Positions 42,141 to 51,047 of a DNA stretch of 64,000 nucleotides are shown here, piece by piece (position 1 is the first letter of the stretch; every line of letters begins with the position of its first letter). Source of the stretch: Escherichia coli (GTDB lineage Bacteria; Pseudomonadota; Gammaproteobacteria; Enterobacterales; Enterobacteriaceae); the NCBI RefSeq assembly GCF_041886205.1, contig NZ_CP169029.1; one strand, given 5' to 3'. Position numbers and translations under genes: made by a program. Below the pieces are notes generated by a model, which saw nothing but the letters and a program-made list of their open reading frames with translations, made no database searches and had not been told where the DNA came from.

Positions 42141-43355
42141 ATGAAGATCGTAAAGGCTGAAGTTTTTGTTACCTGTCCGGGGCGTAATTTCGTCACATTA
42201 AAAATCACCACTGAGGACGGTATTACGGGCCTTGGGGATGCCACCCTCAATGGACGTGAGCTTTCCGTGGCCTCTTATTTGCAGGATCACCTTTGTCCGC
42301 AGCTTATTGGTCGCGATGCGCACCGTATCGAAGATATCTGGCAGTTTTTCTATAAAGGTGCTTACTGGCGTCGCGGTCCGGTTACGATGTCGGCCATTTC
42401 AGCGGTTGATATGGCGCTGTGGGATATTAAAGCCAAAGCTGCCAACATGCCGCTTTACCAGTTACTCGGCGGCGCGTCTCGTGAAGGGGTGATGGTTTAT
42501 TGCCATACCACCGGTCACAGTATTGATGAAGCTCTGGATGATTATGCCCGTCATCAGGAGCTGGGATTCAAAGCCATCCGCGTGCAGTGCGGAATCCCTG
42601 GTATGAAAACCACCTACGGCATGTCGAAAGGTAAAGGTCTGGCTTATGAACCCGCAACCAAAGGACAGTGGCCGGAAGAGCAGCTGTGGTCGACGGAGAA
42701 ATACCTCGATTTCATGCCGAAATTGTTTGACGCGGTACGTAACAAGTTTGGTTTTAATGAACATTTGCTGCATGACATGCACCATCGCTTAACGCCTATT
42801 GAAGCGGCGCGCTTTGGTAAAAGCATTGAAGATTATCGCATGTTCTGGATGGAAGACCCGACGCCTGCGGAAAACCAGGAATGCTTCCGTCTCATTCGCC
42901 AACATACCGTCACACCCATCGCAGTGGGTGAAGTCTTCAACAGCATCTGGGACTGCAAACAACTGATTGAAGAGCAACTCATCGATTATATCCGCACCAC
43001 GCTGACCCATGCAGGCGGAATTACCGGTATGCGCCGGATTGCCGATTTTGCTTCGCTGTATCAGGTACGTACTGGCTCACACGGTCCTTCCGATTTGTCA
43101 CCAGTCTGCATGGCTGCGGCGCTGCACTTTGATCTGTGGGTCCCCAATTTCGGTGTCCAGGAATACATGGGTTATTCCGAACAAATGCTCGAAGTCTTCC
43201 CGCACAACTGGACTTTCGATAACGGCTATATGCATCCGGGAGACAAACCGGGTCTTGGTATCGAATTCGATGAAAAGCTGGCGGCGAAATATCCCTATGA
43301 ACCTGCTTATCTACCAGTCGCACGTCTGGAAGATGGCACGCTGTGGAACTGGTAA
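42141..43355 (+). CDS. rspA: enolase-superfamily starvation-sensing protein (mannonate-dehydratase-like)
   Basis: I place the start at [38 protein letters not shown] (404 aa). Confidence 0.95.
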
Positions 43356-43366
43356 GGAGTAAGATA

Positions 43367-44386
43367 ATGAAAAGCATATTAATTGAAAAACCGAATCAAC
43401 TGGCGATTGTCGAACGTGAAATACCCACCCCGTCAGCGGGTGAAGTACGAGTAAAAGTGAAACTTGCCGGAATTTGTGGTTCAGATAGCCATATTTATCG
43501 TGGGCATAATCCTTTTGCGAAATATCCGCGCGTCATTGGTCATGAATTCTTTGGCGTCATTGATGCAGTGGGTGAAGGCGTGGAAAGCGCCAGAGTCGGT
43601 GAACGTGTTGCTGTCGATCCGGTGGTCAGCTGTGGGCATTGCTATCCGTGCTCTATAGGTAAACCGAACGTTTGTACGACACTGGCTGTATTAGGTGTGC
43701 ACGCTGACGGTGGTTTCAGTGAATATGCCGTGGTTCCGGCAAAAAATGCGTGGAAAATTCCTGAAGCAGTGGCCGATCAATATGCGGTAATGATCGAACC
43801 TTTTACCATTGCGGCTAACGTAACCGGACATGGTCAACCGACTGAAAATGATACCGTTCTGGTTTATGGTGCCGGTCCAATCGGCCTGACGATCGTTCAG
43901 GTATTAAAAGGCGTCTATAACGTTAAAAATGTGATTGTTGCCGATCGCATTGATGAACGACTGGAAAAAGCGAAAGAGAGCGGGGCTGACTGGGCGATTA
44001 ATAACAGCCAGACACCGCTTGGCGAGATTTTCACTGAAAAAGACATCAAGCCGACATTAATTATCGATGCGGCTTGTCATCCTTCTATCCTGAAAGAGGC
44101 CGTAACGCTGGCTTCTCCAGCGGCACGTATTGTATTGATGGGCTTCTCCAGTGAACCGTCTGAAGTGATTCAGCAAGGAATTACCGGAAAAGAACTCTCT
44201 ATTTTCTCTTCACGCTTAAATGCAAATAAATTCCCGGTCGTTATCGACTGGTTAAGTAAAGGGTTAATTAAACCAGAAAAATTAATTACCCATACGTTTG
44301 ATTTCCAGCATGTTGCTGATGCCATTAGTTTATTTGAACAGGATCAAAAGCATTGCTGCAAAGTCTTACTCACTTTTTCTGAATAA
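43367..44386 (+). CDS. rspB: zinc-type alcohol dehydrogenase-like protein
   Basis: I place the start at MKSILIEKPNQLAIVERE (339 aa). MDR motifs GICGSDSH and GAGPIGL are present. Confidence 0.95.
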   Translation: MKSILIEKPNQLAIVEREIPTPSAGEVRVKVKLAGICGSDSHIYRGHNPFAKYPRVIGHEFFGVIDAVGEGVESARVGERVAVDPVVSCGHCYPCSIGKPNVCTTLAVLGVHADGGFSEYAVVPAKNAWKIPEAVADQYAVMIEPFTIAANVTGHGQPTENDTVLVYGAGPIGLTIVQVLKGVYNVKNVIVADRIDERLEKAKESGADWAINNSQTPLGEIFTEKDIKPTLIIDAACHPSILKEAVTLASPAARIVLMGFSSEPSEVIQQGITGKELSIFSSRLNANKFPVVIDWLSKGLIKPEKLITHTFDFQHVADAISLFEQDQKHCCKVLLTFSE

Positions 44387-44443
44387 TACTAATAACGGCG
44401 AGTAAGTAGTACGCATCTTACCTCTTTTTTAGAGATAACCATT

Positions 44444-44572
44444 ATGACAATAGAAAAACACGAAAGAAGCACTAAGGATTTGGTGAAAGCAGCAGTATCG
44501 GGATGGCTGGGCACTGCGCTTGAATTTATGGATTTCAAGAGTCATACGTGTCAACTATTTGATAAATATTAA
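44444..44572 (+). pseudogene. ydfJ: 5' stub of MFS transporter gene ydfJ, truncated by prophage insertion
   Basis: MTIEKHERSTKDLVKAAVSGWLGTALEFMDF (31 codons, 44444-44536) matches the YdfJ N-terminus as I recall it. The frame then reads 11 unrelated codons (KSHTCQLFDKY) to TAA at 44570-44572, 1 nt before the integrase stop. Confidence 0.85.
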
Positions 44573-44573
44573 A

Positions 44574-45854
44574 TTAATTTTTCATTGCTTCGTTATGGGG
44601 CATGGTTGGGGCAAACTCGCTTAACTGTGTATTTAACAAAGCTACCTGTGCATTATTGTTTTCAGACATCCATTTTCCGTATACCTGAAATACCATTTGC
44701 GCATCTGCATGGCCCATCTGGTTTGCTATAAATGCCGGGTTAGCACCAGCTGTCAGCGACCAGCAGGCATAAGTATGTCTCGACTGATATGATTTTCGAT
44801 GGCGGAGTCCGGCACGTTTTATCGCTGCGTCCCACATCTGCCTTATTGAGTCAACGGTAAAATGGTCACCATAATTTTTTACTCTCGCTGACACTTCAGG
44901 TTGAAAAACAAAGGTGCATTTATGTTTTTCTGTTCTGCCATACTCTCTGAGGTGAACATCAATGATATGCTCTTTGCTCAGTCTCGTTAATGTCATCTGA
45001 CTCCGGAGAGCGTCGATTGCTGGCTTAATAAGATGAATGACCCGATTGGTTCCCGCCTGTGTTTTTGGGACCGTGAAACGGTCTTTTGCTAAATTTCTCC
45101 TGATCATCATTGTTCCATTTTTCAGATCTATGTCCTCCCATCCAAGTGCACACAGCTCACCAGGGCGAACGCCAGTATAAACAGAAACACACCATAAATT
45201 TTTGGCTTGCTGATTTCTGCACGCATCGATAAGACGGATGAATTCCTCCCGCGAAAGAGGATCCGGAATGGTTCTTGATTCCTTTAATGGCGAGATCCCC
45301 TTAAACGGGTTATCTGCCAGGTAACCGTTATCAACACCAAACTGGAACACGGCGTTAAGATTTGTCATGTAATTATTTACAGTTACAGCCGATCTCCCTG
45401 GTTGTGTAACAATATAGTTACTTTTGGGGATCTGGTATCCAGTCAGTAGCTCTTTACGAACCTCCAGTAATTTTTCTTTATTAATCGATGAGGCAAGATT
45501 TTTTTCACCGATTATGCTCAGGATATTTTTGATGACGGCACGGTATGTGTTGAGTGATGTTTTGGCGACTTCAGTTTCTTTCAGTGCCAGAAATTTTTCA
45601 GCCAGTTCTTTTATGGTTAAATCTTGTCGGGCCTCACCAAATTTTTCCAGATTGCGTGAGGAGGGAAACTGTTTTGCATAGTCGAAAACACCAGTTTTTA
45701 TTGCGTAACAAACAGAGGAGCGTAGTTCACCTGCAACGCGCCTGTTTTTTGCTGTGTCAGGAACCCCCAGATTTTCCCTGACTCTTACGCCTTTATAAAC
45801 AAACCAGATACGTAATTTCCCTCCATGGTTTTCCACGCCTGTCGGATATTTCAT
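44574..45854 (-). CDS. tyrosine-family phage integrase (apparently intact)
   Basis: I place the start at MKYPTGVENHGGKLRIWF (426 aa). The C-terminal catalytic region reads ...YQSRHTYACWSLTAGANPAFIANQMGHADAQMVFQVYGKW (H-x-x-R box and Tyr). It resembles K-12 IntQ as I recall it. Confidence 0.9.
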   Translation of the reverse strand: MKYPTGVENHGGKLRIWFVYKGVRVRENLGVPDTAKNRRVAGELRSSVCYAIKTGVFDYAKQFPSSRNLEKFGEARQDLTIKELAEKFLALKETEVAKTSLNTYRAVIKNILSIIGEKNLASSINKEKLLEVRKELLTGYQIPKSNYIVTQPGRSAVTVNNYMTNLNAVFQFGVDNGYLADNPFKGISPLKESRTIPDPLSREEFIRLIDACRNQQAKNLWCVSVYTGVRPGELCALGWEDIDLKNGTMMIRRNLAKDRFTVPKTQAGTNRVIHLIKPAIDALRSQMTLTRLSKEHIIDVHLREYGRTEKHKCTFVFQPEVSARVKNYGDHFTVDSIRQMWDAAIKRAGLRHRKSYQSRHTYACWSLTAGANPAFIANQMGHADAQMVFQVYGKWMSENNNAQVALLNTQLSEFAPTMPHNEAMKN

Positions 45855-45888
45855 TTCAACTTCTCTCATTAGTTAGTGTGGCTTTTAG

Positions 45889-46140
45889 TCAAGTAAGATG
45901 ACGTCTTGGTCTTGCTGATGCCTGGCGCTCAATCCAGCGATCAATTTCTTCCAGGTTGTAAAAGCATGGACTGTTATCCCATGGCATACCGTCATGAGCG
46001 ACATGCTTATATTCCCTTCCTTCCATAAACGATTTTTCCCGGGCCTTTTTTAACGTACCTTTTTTTATTCCTTTCAGCGCAATTAACTGCTCTTCGGATA
46101 CCCATTTGCCGGGAGAGACAATCATGATTACTTCGCTCAT
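45889..46140 (-). CDS. excisionase-like small DNA-binding protein
   Basis: 83-aa ORF immediately upstream of int on the same strand, with the segment KWVSEEQLIALKGIKKGTLKKAREKSFMEGREYKHV. Assigned on position and size. Confidence 0.6.
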   Translation of the reverse strand: MSEVIMIVSPGKWVSEEQLIALKGIKKGTLKKAREKSFMEGREYKHVAHDGMPWDNSPCFYNLEEIDRWIERQASARPRRHLT

Positions 46141-46212
46141 CGATTTCTTTATCTCTTACATCAGACGAGCGCCGGTTGCAGAATACCAGTCACAACCGGC
46201 GACAGTTGAACA

Positions 46213-47935
46213 TTAAGAATCAGCCTGACTCGGGATCAGTTTTTGCCAGATAGCTGAAACGTATTTTGCCTGGTAACGGGCGTCATCAAGTGCATTATGG
46301 CGCTCACCTTCGAATGGAATAGCCGTTCTGGCATCGAAGTCTATGGCTTTCCCCAGCTCAACGATTGTGCGTACATCGCGATCGTTGTAGTAACGCCACG
46401 GGCAGGGGATCCCCTGCCGTTCGTATGAACGGCGCAAAATCGTGTTGTCGAAGTTGGCTCCATTTCCCCAGACATGAACAAAAAATTCACCGGAGTTTTC
46501 GTCGATAAATTCCCGCAATTGTAACAGTGCATCATCTAACGGGATTTCATCGGTCATAATGGCAGATTGCGCTTCGCGTGATTGTTTAAGCCACCATTTA
46601 ATGGTGTCCCGATCAATGACTCCGCCAGCAGTTTCCAGATCGATAGTCTTACTAAATTCCGGTCCCATATCTCCGGTTTGCGGATCGAAAAATATTGCAC
46701 CTATTGAGATAATCGGGGCATCGGGATTTTTTCCCATGGTTTCAAGGTCGATCATCAGATGAATCCCCGCTCTGCTGGTGGATGTGAGATTATGATGACC
46801 GTTTGCCTTAATTAAGGGATCTGACGCCTCGCCAGTTTCACTATCGCTGGCATGATGCTGATTGCCGCCAGTGTTCTCCTTGTGCTGATGCGCAGTGCCT
46901 TCTATTTCCTCCGGATCATTTTCCTGAACTTCAGGCTGATTCTCTCCATCGAATATTTCCTGGTATGTTGCGTCACCCATCACCGCACCACAATCAGGGC
47001 AGTTGCCGCCACCGCTCTGACCGCAGGCGGTGCAGATCTTTTCCGGTTCCTGTTGCACTACTGGTTCAGGTTGTTTCGTTTCTGGCTCGTTTTGTTGCAT
47101 ATTTGGGCTGTTTTGTTCCGCTTTCTGGTCGTTCTGTTCCGTTTCTTGCTGGTTCTGGTTCACAGAATCGCGGGTCTGGATCCCCTTAATCCATTTCGGA
47201 TCATTCGGGTCGCTAATCCCTTCAACAAATTCACCACGTGATACTGCAAGCAGTTCATCGGCGTCAGGCTGGCTGATATTGGCTGCCTGCATAATTTTGT
47301 TTACTTCGTCAGCGGTAACTTTTACTGACCCTGGTTGTGCGGTCGTGTCAGATGCACCAGTATTTTGTTGTGAACCTGAGTATGTACCGTTTTTGCGGGC
47401 GAAATATTCTTCTTTCGTGATTTCAGTAGCCCCAGCAGACAGCGCCTTATCCAGACCAGAAAGTTTATTTGCGCGACCGTATTTTTCGCCATCCTTGTCG
47501 GTGAAGAGGAAGTAGAACGGCCCCTCACGTTCTACAGATGGTTCGACTTCCACTTTGCATTCGGTTTTTTCGTTGTCTGGAATTGCCGTTTCCACTGCAT
47601 CAGTTTCTGGTACTGGCGACGAGAGAGTATCAGTTGCGCTCTGATTTGTTCCTTCATCTTCAAACACGCCCTTTGTAGTCAGGTATTCAGTAATGTATTT
47701 GTTCAGTGCCACAGGGTCTTTGTGAATGTCGATCGGACGTTCACGGACAAGGCCAAAAATAGTCTGGCGGTCGTAGCGAAGGGCATCAGGCTGTTTGCGC
47801 ATTGATGCCGAGATACGCTTCCAGTCTTCGCGGTCGTTGTCGATAACTTCATTTTTTGCCCAGCGATGGATGCTGCCGTCAATGTTTCCGGCATCCACAT
47901 CACCAGGCCAGAGAGCGTAGGCCAGTTCGTCATCC
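46213..47935 (-). pseudogene. distal (C-terminal) part of a large early-region exonuclease gene split by IS629
   Basis: C-terminal DEDDh 3'-5' exonuclease motifs (LMIDLETMG, WGNGANFDNTIL, HNALDDARYQ). The middle is acidic and Q-rich and contains a CTACG...CPDCG zinc ribbon. The reading frame stays open upstream of the GTG called by the track, right up to the IS boundary. Confidence 0.85.
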
Positions 47936-47989
47936 TGAACCGCCCCGGGAATCCTGGAGACTAAACTTCCTGAGAAAGAGGTAAACAGG

Positions 47990-48316
47990 ATGACTAAAAA
48001 TACTCGTTTTTCCCCCGAAGTCCGTCAACGGGCAGTCCGTATGGTTCTGGAAAGTCAGAGCGAATATGACTCACAATGGGCGACAATTTGTTCCATTGCT
48101 CCAAAGATTGGCTGTACGCCGGAGACTCTGCGTGTCTGGGTTCGCCAGCATGAGCGGGATACCGGGGGCGGTGATGGAGGGCTCACCACCGCTGAACGTC
48201 AGCGTCTGAAAGAGCTGGAACGTGAAAATCGTGAACTGCGCCGCAGTAACGATATCCTTCGCCAGGCTTCCGCTTATTTTGCGAAGGCGGAGTTCGACCG
48301 CCTCTGGAAAAAATGA
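47990..48316 (+). CDS. IS3-family transposase OrfA (HTH)
   Basis: 108-aa [58 protein letters not shown]..., which matches IS629 OrfA as I recall it. Confidence 0.93.
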   Translation: MTKNTRFSPEVRQRAVRMVLESQSEYDSQWATICSIAPKIGCTPETLRVWVRQHERDTGGGDGGLTTAERQRLKELERENRELRRSNDILRQASAYFAKAEFDRLWKK

Positions 48317-49203
48317 TGCCACTGCTGGATAAGCTGCGTGAGCAGTACGGGGTCGGACCGCTATGCAGCGAACTGCATATTGCCCCGTCAACGTATTACC
48401 ACTGTCAGCAACAGCGACATCATCCGGATAAACGCAGTGCCCGTGCGCAGCGCGATGACTGGCTGAAGAAAGAGATACAGCGCGTATACGATGAAAATCA
48501 CAAGGTATACGGTGTGCGTAAAGTCTGGCGTCAGTTGTTACGGGAAGGTATCAGAGTGGCCAGATGCACTGTGGCACGTCTCATGGCGGTTATGGGACTT
48601 GCCGGTGTTCTCCGGGGTAAAAAGGTCCGTACGACCATCAGCCGGAAAGCCGTTGCCGCAGGCGACCGCGTAAACCGTCAGTTCGTGGCAGAACGACCTG
48701 ACCAGCTGTGGGTGGCTGATTTTACTTACGTCAGCACATGGCGGGGCTTCGTCTATGTGGCGTTCATCATTGATGTGTTTGCCGGATACATCGTGGGGTG
48801 GCGGGTCTCATCGTCCATGGAAACGACATTCGTGCTGGATGCACTGGAGCAGGCGTTATGGGCCCGTCGACCGTCCGGCACGGTCCATCACAGTGATAAA
48901 GGTTCTCAGTATGTATCGCTGGCCTACACACAGCGGCTTAAGGAAGCCGGATTACTGGCATCAACAGGAAGTACAGGCGACTCGTATGACAACGCGATGG
49001 CGGAGAGCATCAATGGTCTTTACAAAGCGGAGGTAATACACCGTAAGAGCTGGAAAAACCGTGCAGAAGTGGAACTGGCCACACTCACGTGGGTGGACTG
49101 GTATAACAATCGACGATTGCTGGAAAGGCTGGGCCATACTCCTCCGGCAGAAGCAGAAAAAGCTTATTATGCTTCCATCGGAAACGATGATCTGGCAGCC
49201 TGA
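48313..49203 (+). CDS. IS3-family transposase OrfB (DDE integrase domain)
   Basis: 296-aa ORF with rve-type motifs (WVADFTYV..., [15 protein letters not shown]). It overlaps orfA at GGAAAAAATGATG, consistent with a programmed -1 frameshift. Confidence 0.93.
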   Translation: MMPLLDKLREQYGVGPLCSELHIAPSTYYHCQQQRHHPDKRSARAQRDDWLKKEIQRVYDENHKVYGVRKVWRQLLREGIRVARCTVARLMAVMGLAGVLRGKKVRTTISRKAVAAGDRVNRQFVAERPDQLWVADFTYVSTWRGFVYVAFIIDVFAGYIVGWRVSSSMETTFVLDALEQALWARRPSGTVHHSDKGSQYVSLAYTQRLKEAGLLASTGSTGDSYDNAMAESINGLYKAEVIHRKSWKNRAEVELATLTWVDWYNNRRLLERLGHTPPAEAEKAYYASIGNDDLAA

Positions 49204-49245
49204 GTTCACAGATAAAACACTCTCCAGGAAACCCGGGGCGGTTCA

Positions 49246-49973
49246 TCCAGTGTTTTCCATGTCTGCTTGTATTCGCGATGAATGGCAGCAATGACCGGGT
49301 TGATTTTTCCTGTTGAATTTTCAGTGTGCTGTTGATTGGCTCTGGCACGGGCGAGATCAACAACAGACGTGTATTTTCCGGCTTCCTTGCGTTCACCTTC
49401 GCGACGTTTTTTCCAGATGCGCATCTCTGCCTGAATTTCGGGCCATTTGGCACCAGGCTTACATTTATGCTTAACCCACCCGATGGCATGCAGCTTAAGC
49501 TCCGGATACATAGCGTTAACTTCTGGCATTTTCATCAACGCTTCAACGATATGGCCGTCGAATGTTGCCATGTCTTCCTGCAACAATTCCTGTGCGCTAA
49601 TCACCATATCAACAGTGATGTTTTCACATGTGTCGAACTTAACCATGACAGCGTTCTGTACTTCAGGGGCTAGGTTGTCAAAAGTGACGTTCATCGGATC
49701 GGATTCAGTCTCGACCGGGACAAAGGAAGCAGACGCCTCATCCCAGCGGTTTTCCTGCATATATTCAGCATCCCAGGAATCGAGGGCAGGGCGGGGTATA
49801 CCGGGTTTATCCTCGCAAACAAGAAATTTATAAGCGCAGTCCTGAGCAGCCGGATAATGTTCCAGGAATTGCCAGTGAAATTTTGCGCGGGCGCGACGTT
49901 CATCACCGGCTTCAATGGCAGTGGCTACAGTGAGACGAACTTCGCCGTGCGCTTTCGTGTTGTGTGCCTGCTT
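49246..49973 (-). pseudogene. proximal part of the IS-split exonuclease gene; 5' end also truncated (no start codon)
   Basis: The track ORF starts at M 49760, but the same frame is open for 71 more codons up to a TAA at 49974-49976 with no in-frame ATG, GTG or TTG (KQAHNTKAHGEVRLTVATAIEAGDERRARAKFHWQFLEHYPAAQDCAYKFLVCEDKPGIPRPALDSWDAEY-MQENRW...). Confidence 0.75.
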
Positions 49974-49996
49974 TTAACCACGTCAGGCGAGGTGGT

Positions 49997-50025
49997 ATCC
50001 TTAAAATCACCACAGTTTTAAGGAT
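49997..50025. repeat. Perfect 10-bp inverted repeat ATCCTTAAAA-N9-TTTTAAGGAT directly upstream of the 82-aa ORF
   Basis: Read directly. The right arm contains AAGGA (50020-50024), the only SD-like element before the ATG at 50036. Confidence 0.8.
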
Positions 50026-50035
50026 TCATTAAGCA

Positions 50036-50284
50036 ATGTCGCAACCACCAATAAATCCGCTTAAGAACATGAAAATTGATTACTGGTATAAAGCGCTTAC
50101 AGTTGTTGGCGCTGCGTTGTTTGTCTTTAATGGAACGTCTTTTTTTGACAGATATCCCGTTGTTCCATTGGATTTTTTGTCCTCCGGCATCTTTTTTATT
50201 GGTTTGGGGGAGTGGATTAATCACCCTCTCAAAGTGAGATTTATTGGTCCTGGAGTTTGGACTCGTGGATATAATCGTTCTTAG
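50036..50284 (+). CDS. small two-TM membrane protein, oriented against the leftward early operon (function unknown; sits where sieB sits in Rac)
   Basis: 82-aa ORF with two hydrophobic segments (YKALTVVGAALFVFNGTSFF and LDFLSSGIFFIGLGEWI). It is visibly more AT-rich than its flanks. The antisense translation is K/R-rich junk. Confidence 0.55.
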   Translation: MSQPPINPLKNMKIDYWYKALTVVGAALFVFNGTSFFDRYPVVPLDFLSSGIFFIGLGEWINHPLKVRFIGPGVWTRGYNRS

Positions 50285-50593
50285 TGCGCACTCGGTATCA
50301 TCTTCGACATACTTGGTTGTTTCCTGATTGTTACAGGAGTCGTCAAGTTCTTCTGATGTAAAACCGCAAATGGGGCACGTAACGGGAATTTTGAAAAGCG
50401 TTTCTCCGGGTTCCAGAACAAAATTTTCTGCGGTCTGATTTTGCTTCTCATATTTGTGCTCCGCGTCATTGTGAGAGCACATTCTTATTCTGAGTGCCTG
50501 TTTAAACTCACTGAAGCTGAGAGCTTCTTCGCCTTCGGCAAGACCTTCGAAGTATTCTTCGTAAGCCTTTTCCATGATTGTGTCGAAATCCAT
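50285..50593 (-). pseudogene. early-operon zinc-ribbon protein, 3' end replaced by the reverse-oriented cassette
   Basis: MDFDTIMEKAYEEYFEGLAEGEEALSFSEFKQAL...VTCPICGFTSEELDDSC... The ATG lies 1 nt after the upstream stop and is preceded by GGTGAG. Beyond about 50284 the frame runs antisense through the membrane ORF as low-complexity sequence, to a stop at 50018. Confidence 0.55.
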
Positions 50594-50594
50594 A

Positions 50595-50750
50595 TCACTC
50601 ACCTGAGTTTCTTTCCAGCCAGCGACGGGCACCATTTTCGGTTTTAAACGTTTTGCTTTTGGTATACGTCATCGCGGTGAACGTACCGTCCTGGTTGGGG
50701 AACACGCCACATACCGGAGATTCGCTGTTGCCAAGATCGATAGTATCCAT
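50595..50750 (-). CDS. YdfA-like (DUF1391) small early protein
   Basis: 51-aa MDTIDLGNSESPVCGVFPNQDGTFTAMTYTKSKTFKTENGARRWLERNSGE, preceded by GAGGtcagcATG. First gene downstream of the leftward operator region, as ydfA is in K-12 Qin (from memory). Confidence 0.65.
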   Translation of the reverse strand: MDTIDLGNSESPVCGVFPNQDGTFTAMTYTKSKTFKTENGARRWLERNSGE

Positions 50751-50932
50751 GCTGACCTCATTTCCCCTTAACGCCGGGGTAGCGGAACAAAAACCTGCTG
50801 CATAGTTATTAAAGTTGAACCCTGCCGTCATGTTCTTACGCCTCGGGCTGGCTACTTAACCCCTGACCACTGCCTGGTAACTCGAAGTATTGCCCTGCAT
50901 TCTGTGGGGCGGGGTGGGTGGCAGGCATATAA

Positions 50933-50971
50933 TGTACTTTGCGTTCATTGTTGTAAAGTACTTTTAGTACA
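50933..50971. promoter_or_regulatory. Leftward operator/promoter region: two copies of a 15-bp motif
   Basis: TGTACTTTGCGTTCA (50933-50947) and, inverted, TGTACTAAAAGTACT (complement of 50957-50971). The same motif occurs twice in the repressor-cro intergenic region. Confidence 0.55.
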
Positions 50972-51047
50972 TTTTGTGTGTAAAAAAATGAGATGGGATA
51001 AAGTGAAGCACAAACCCGGAGGAAGGCGCTACCGGATTTATGCTGGT

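Larger units (their letters stand above)
47936..49245 (+). mobile_element. IS3-family insertion sequence, IS629/IS1203-like, 1,310 bp
   Basis: Terminal inverted repeats TGAACCGCCCCGGG...CCTGGAGA at both ends. It is flanked by a direct 3-bp duplication TCC (47933-47935 and 49246-49248). It carries orfA and orfB with an A6 slippery overlap. Confidence 0.93.

Noticed and set aside
50018-50284. Distal 89 codons of the 205-aa minus-strand track ORF (50018-50635), considered as real protein
   Set aside because: The translation (..IISTSPNSRTNKSHFERVINPLPQTNKKDAGGQKIQWNNGISVKKRRSIKDKQRSANN..) is basic and low-complexity, the typical antisense read of a Phe/Leu-rich membrane ORF. The plus-strand 82-aa ORF is the more plausible gene.
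49760-50600. DicF sRNA, DicB and YdfD, which would be expected here by analogy with K-12 Qin
   Set aside because: I compared both strands with the DicF sequence as I remember it (TTTCTGGTGACGTTTGGCGG...GCCGCCCTTTTT) and with the DicB N-terminus and found no resemblance. The absence rests on memory, so BLASTN with dicF and dicB would settle it.
50906-50921. G-run cluster GGGGCGGGGTGGGTGG upstream of the leftward operators, considered as a G-quadruplex
   Set aside because: There are only three solid G-runs plus a GG. It lies within ordinary promoter-distal DNA, and there is no supporting evidence.
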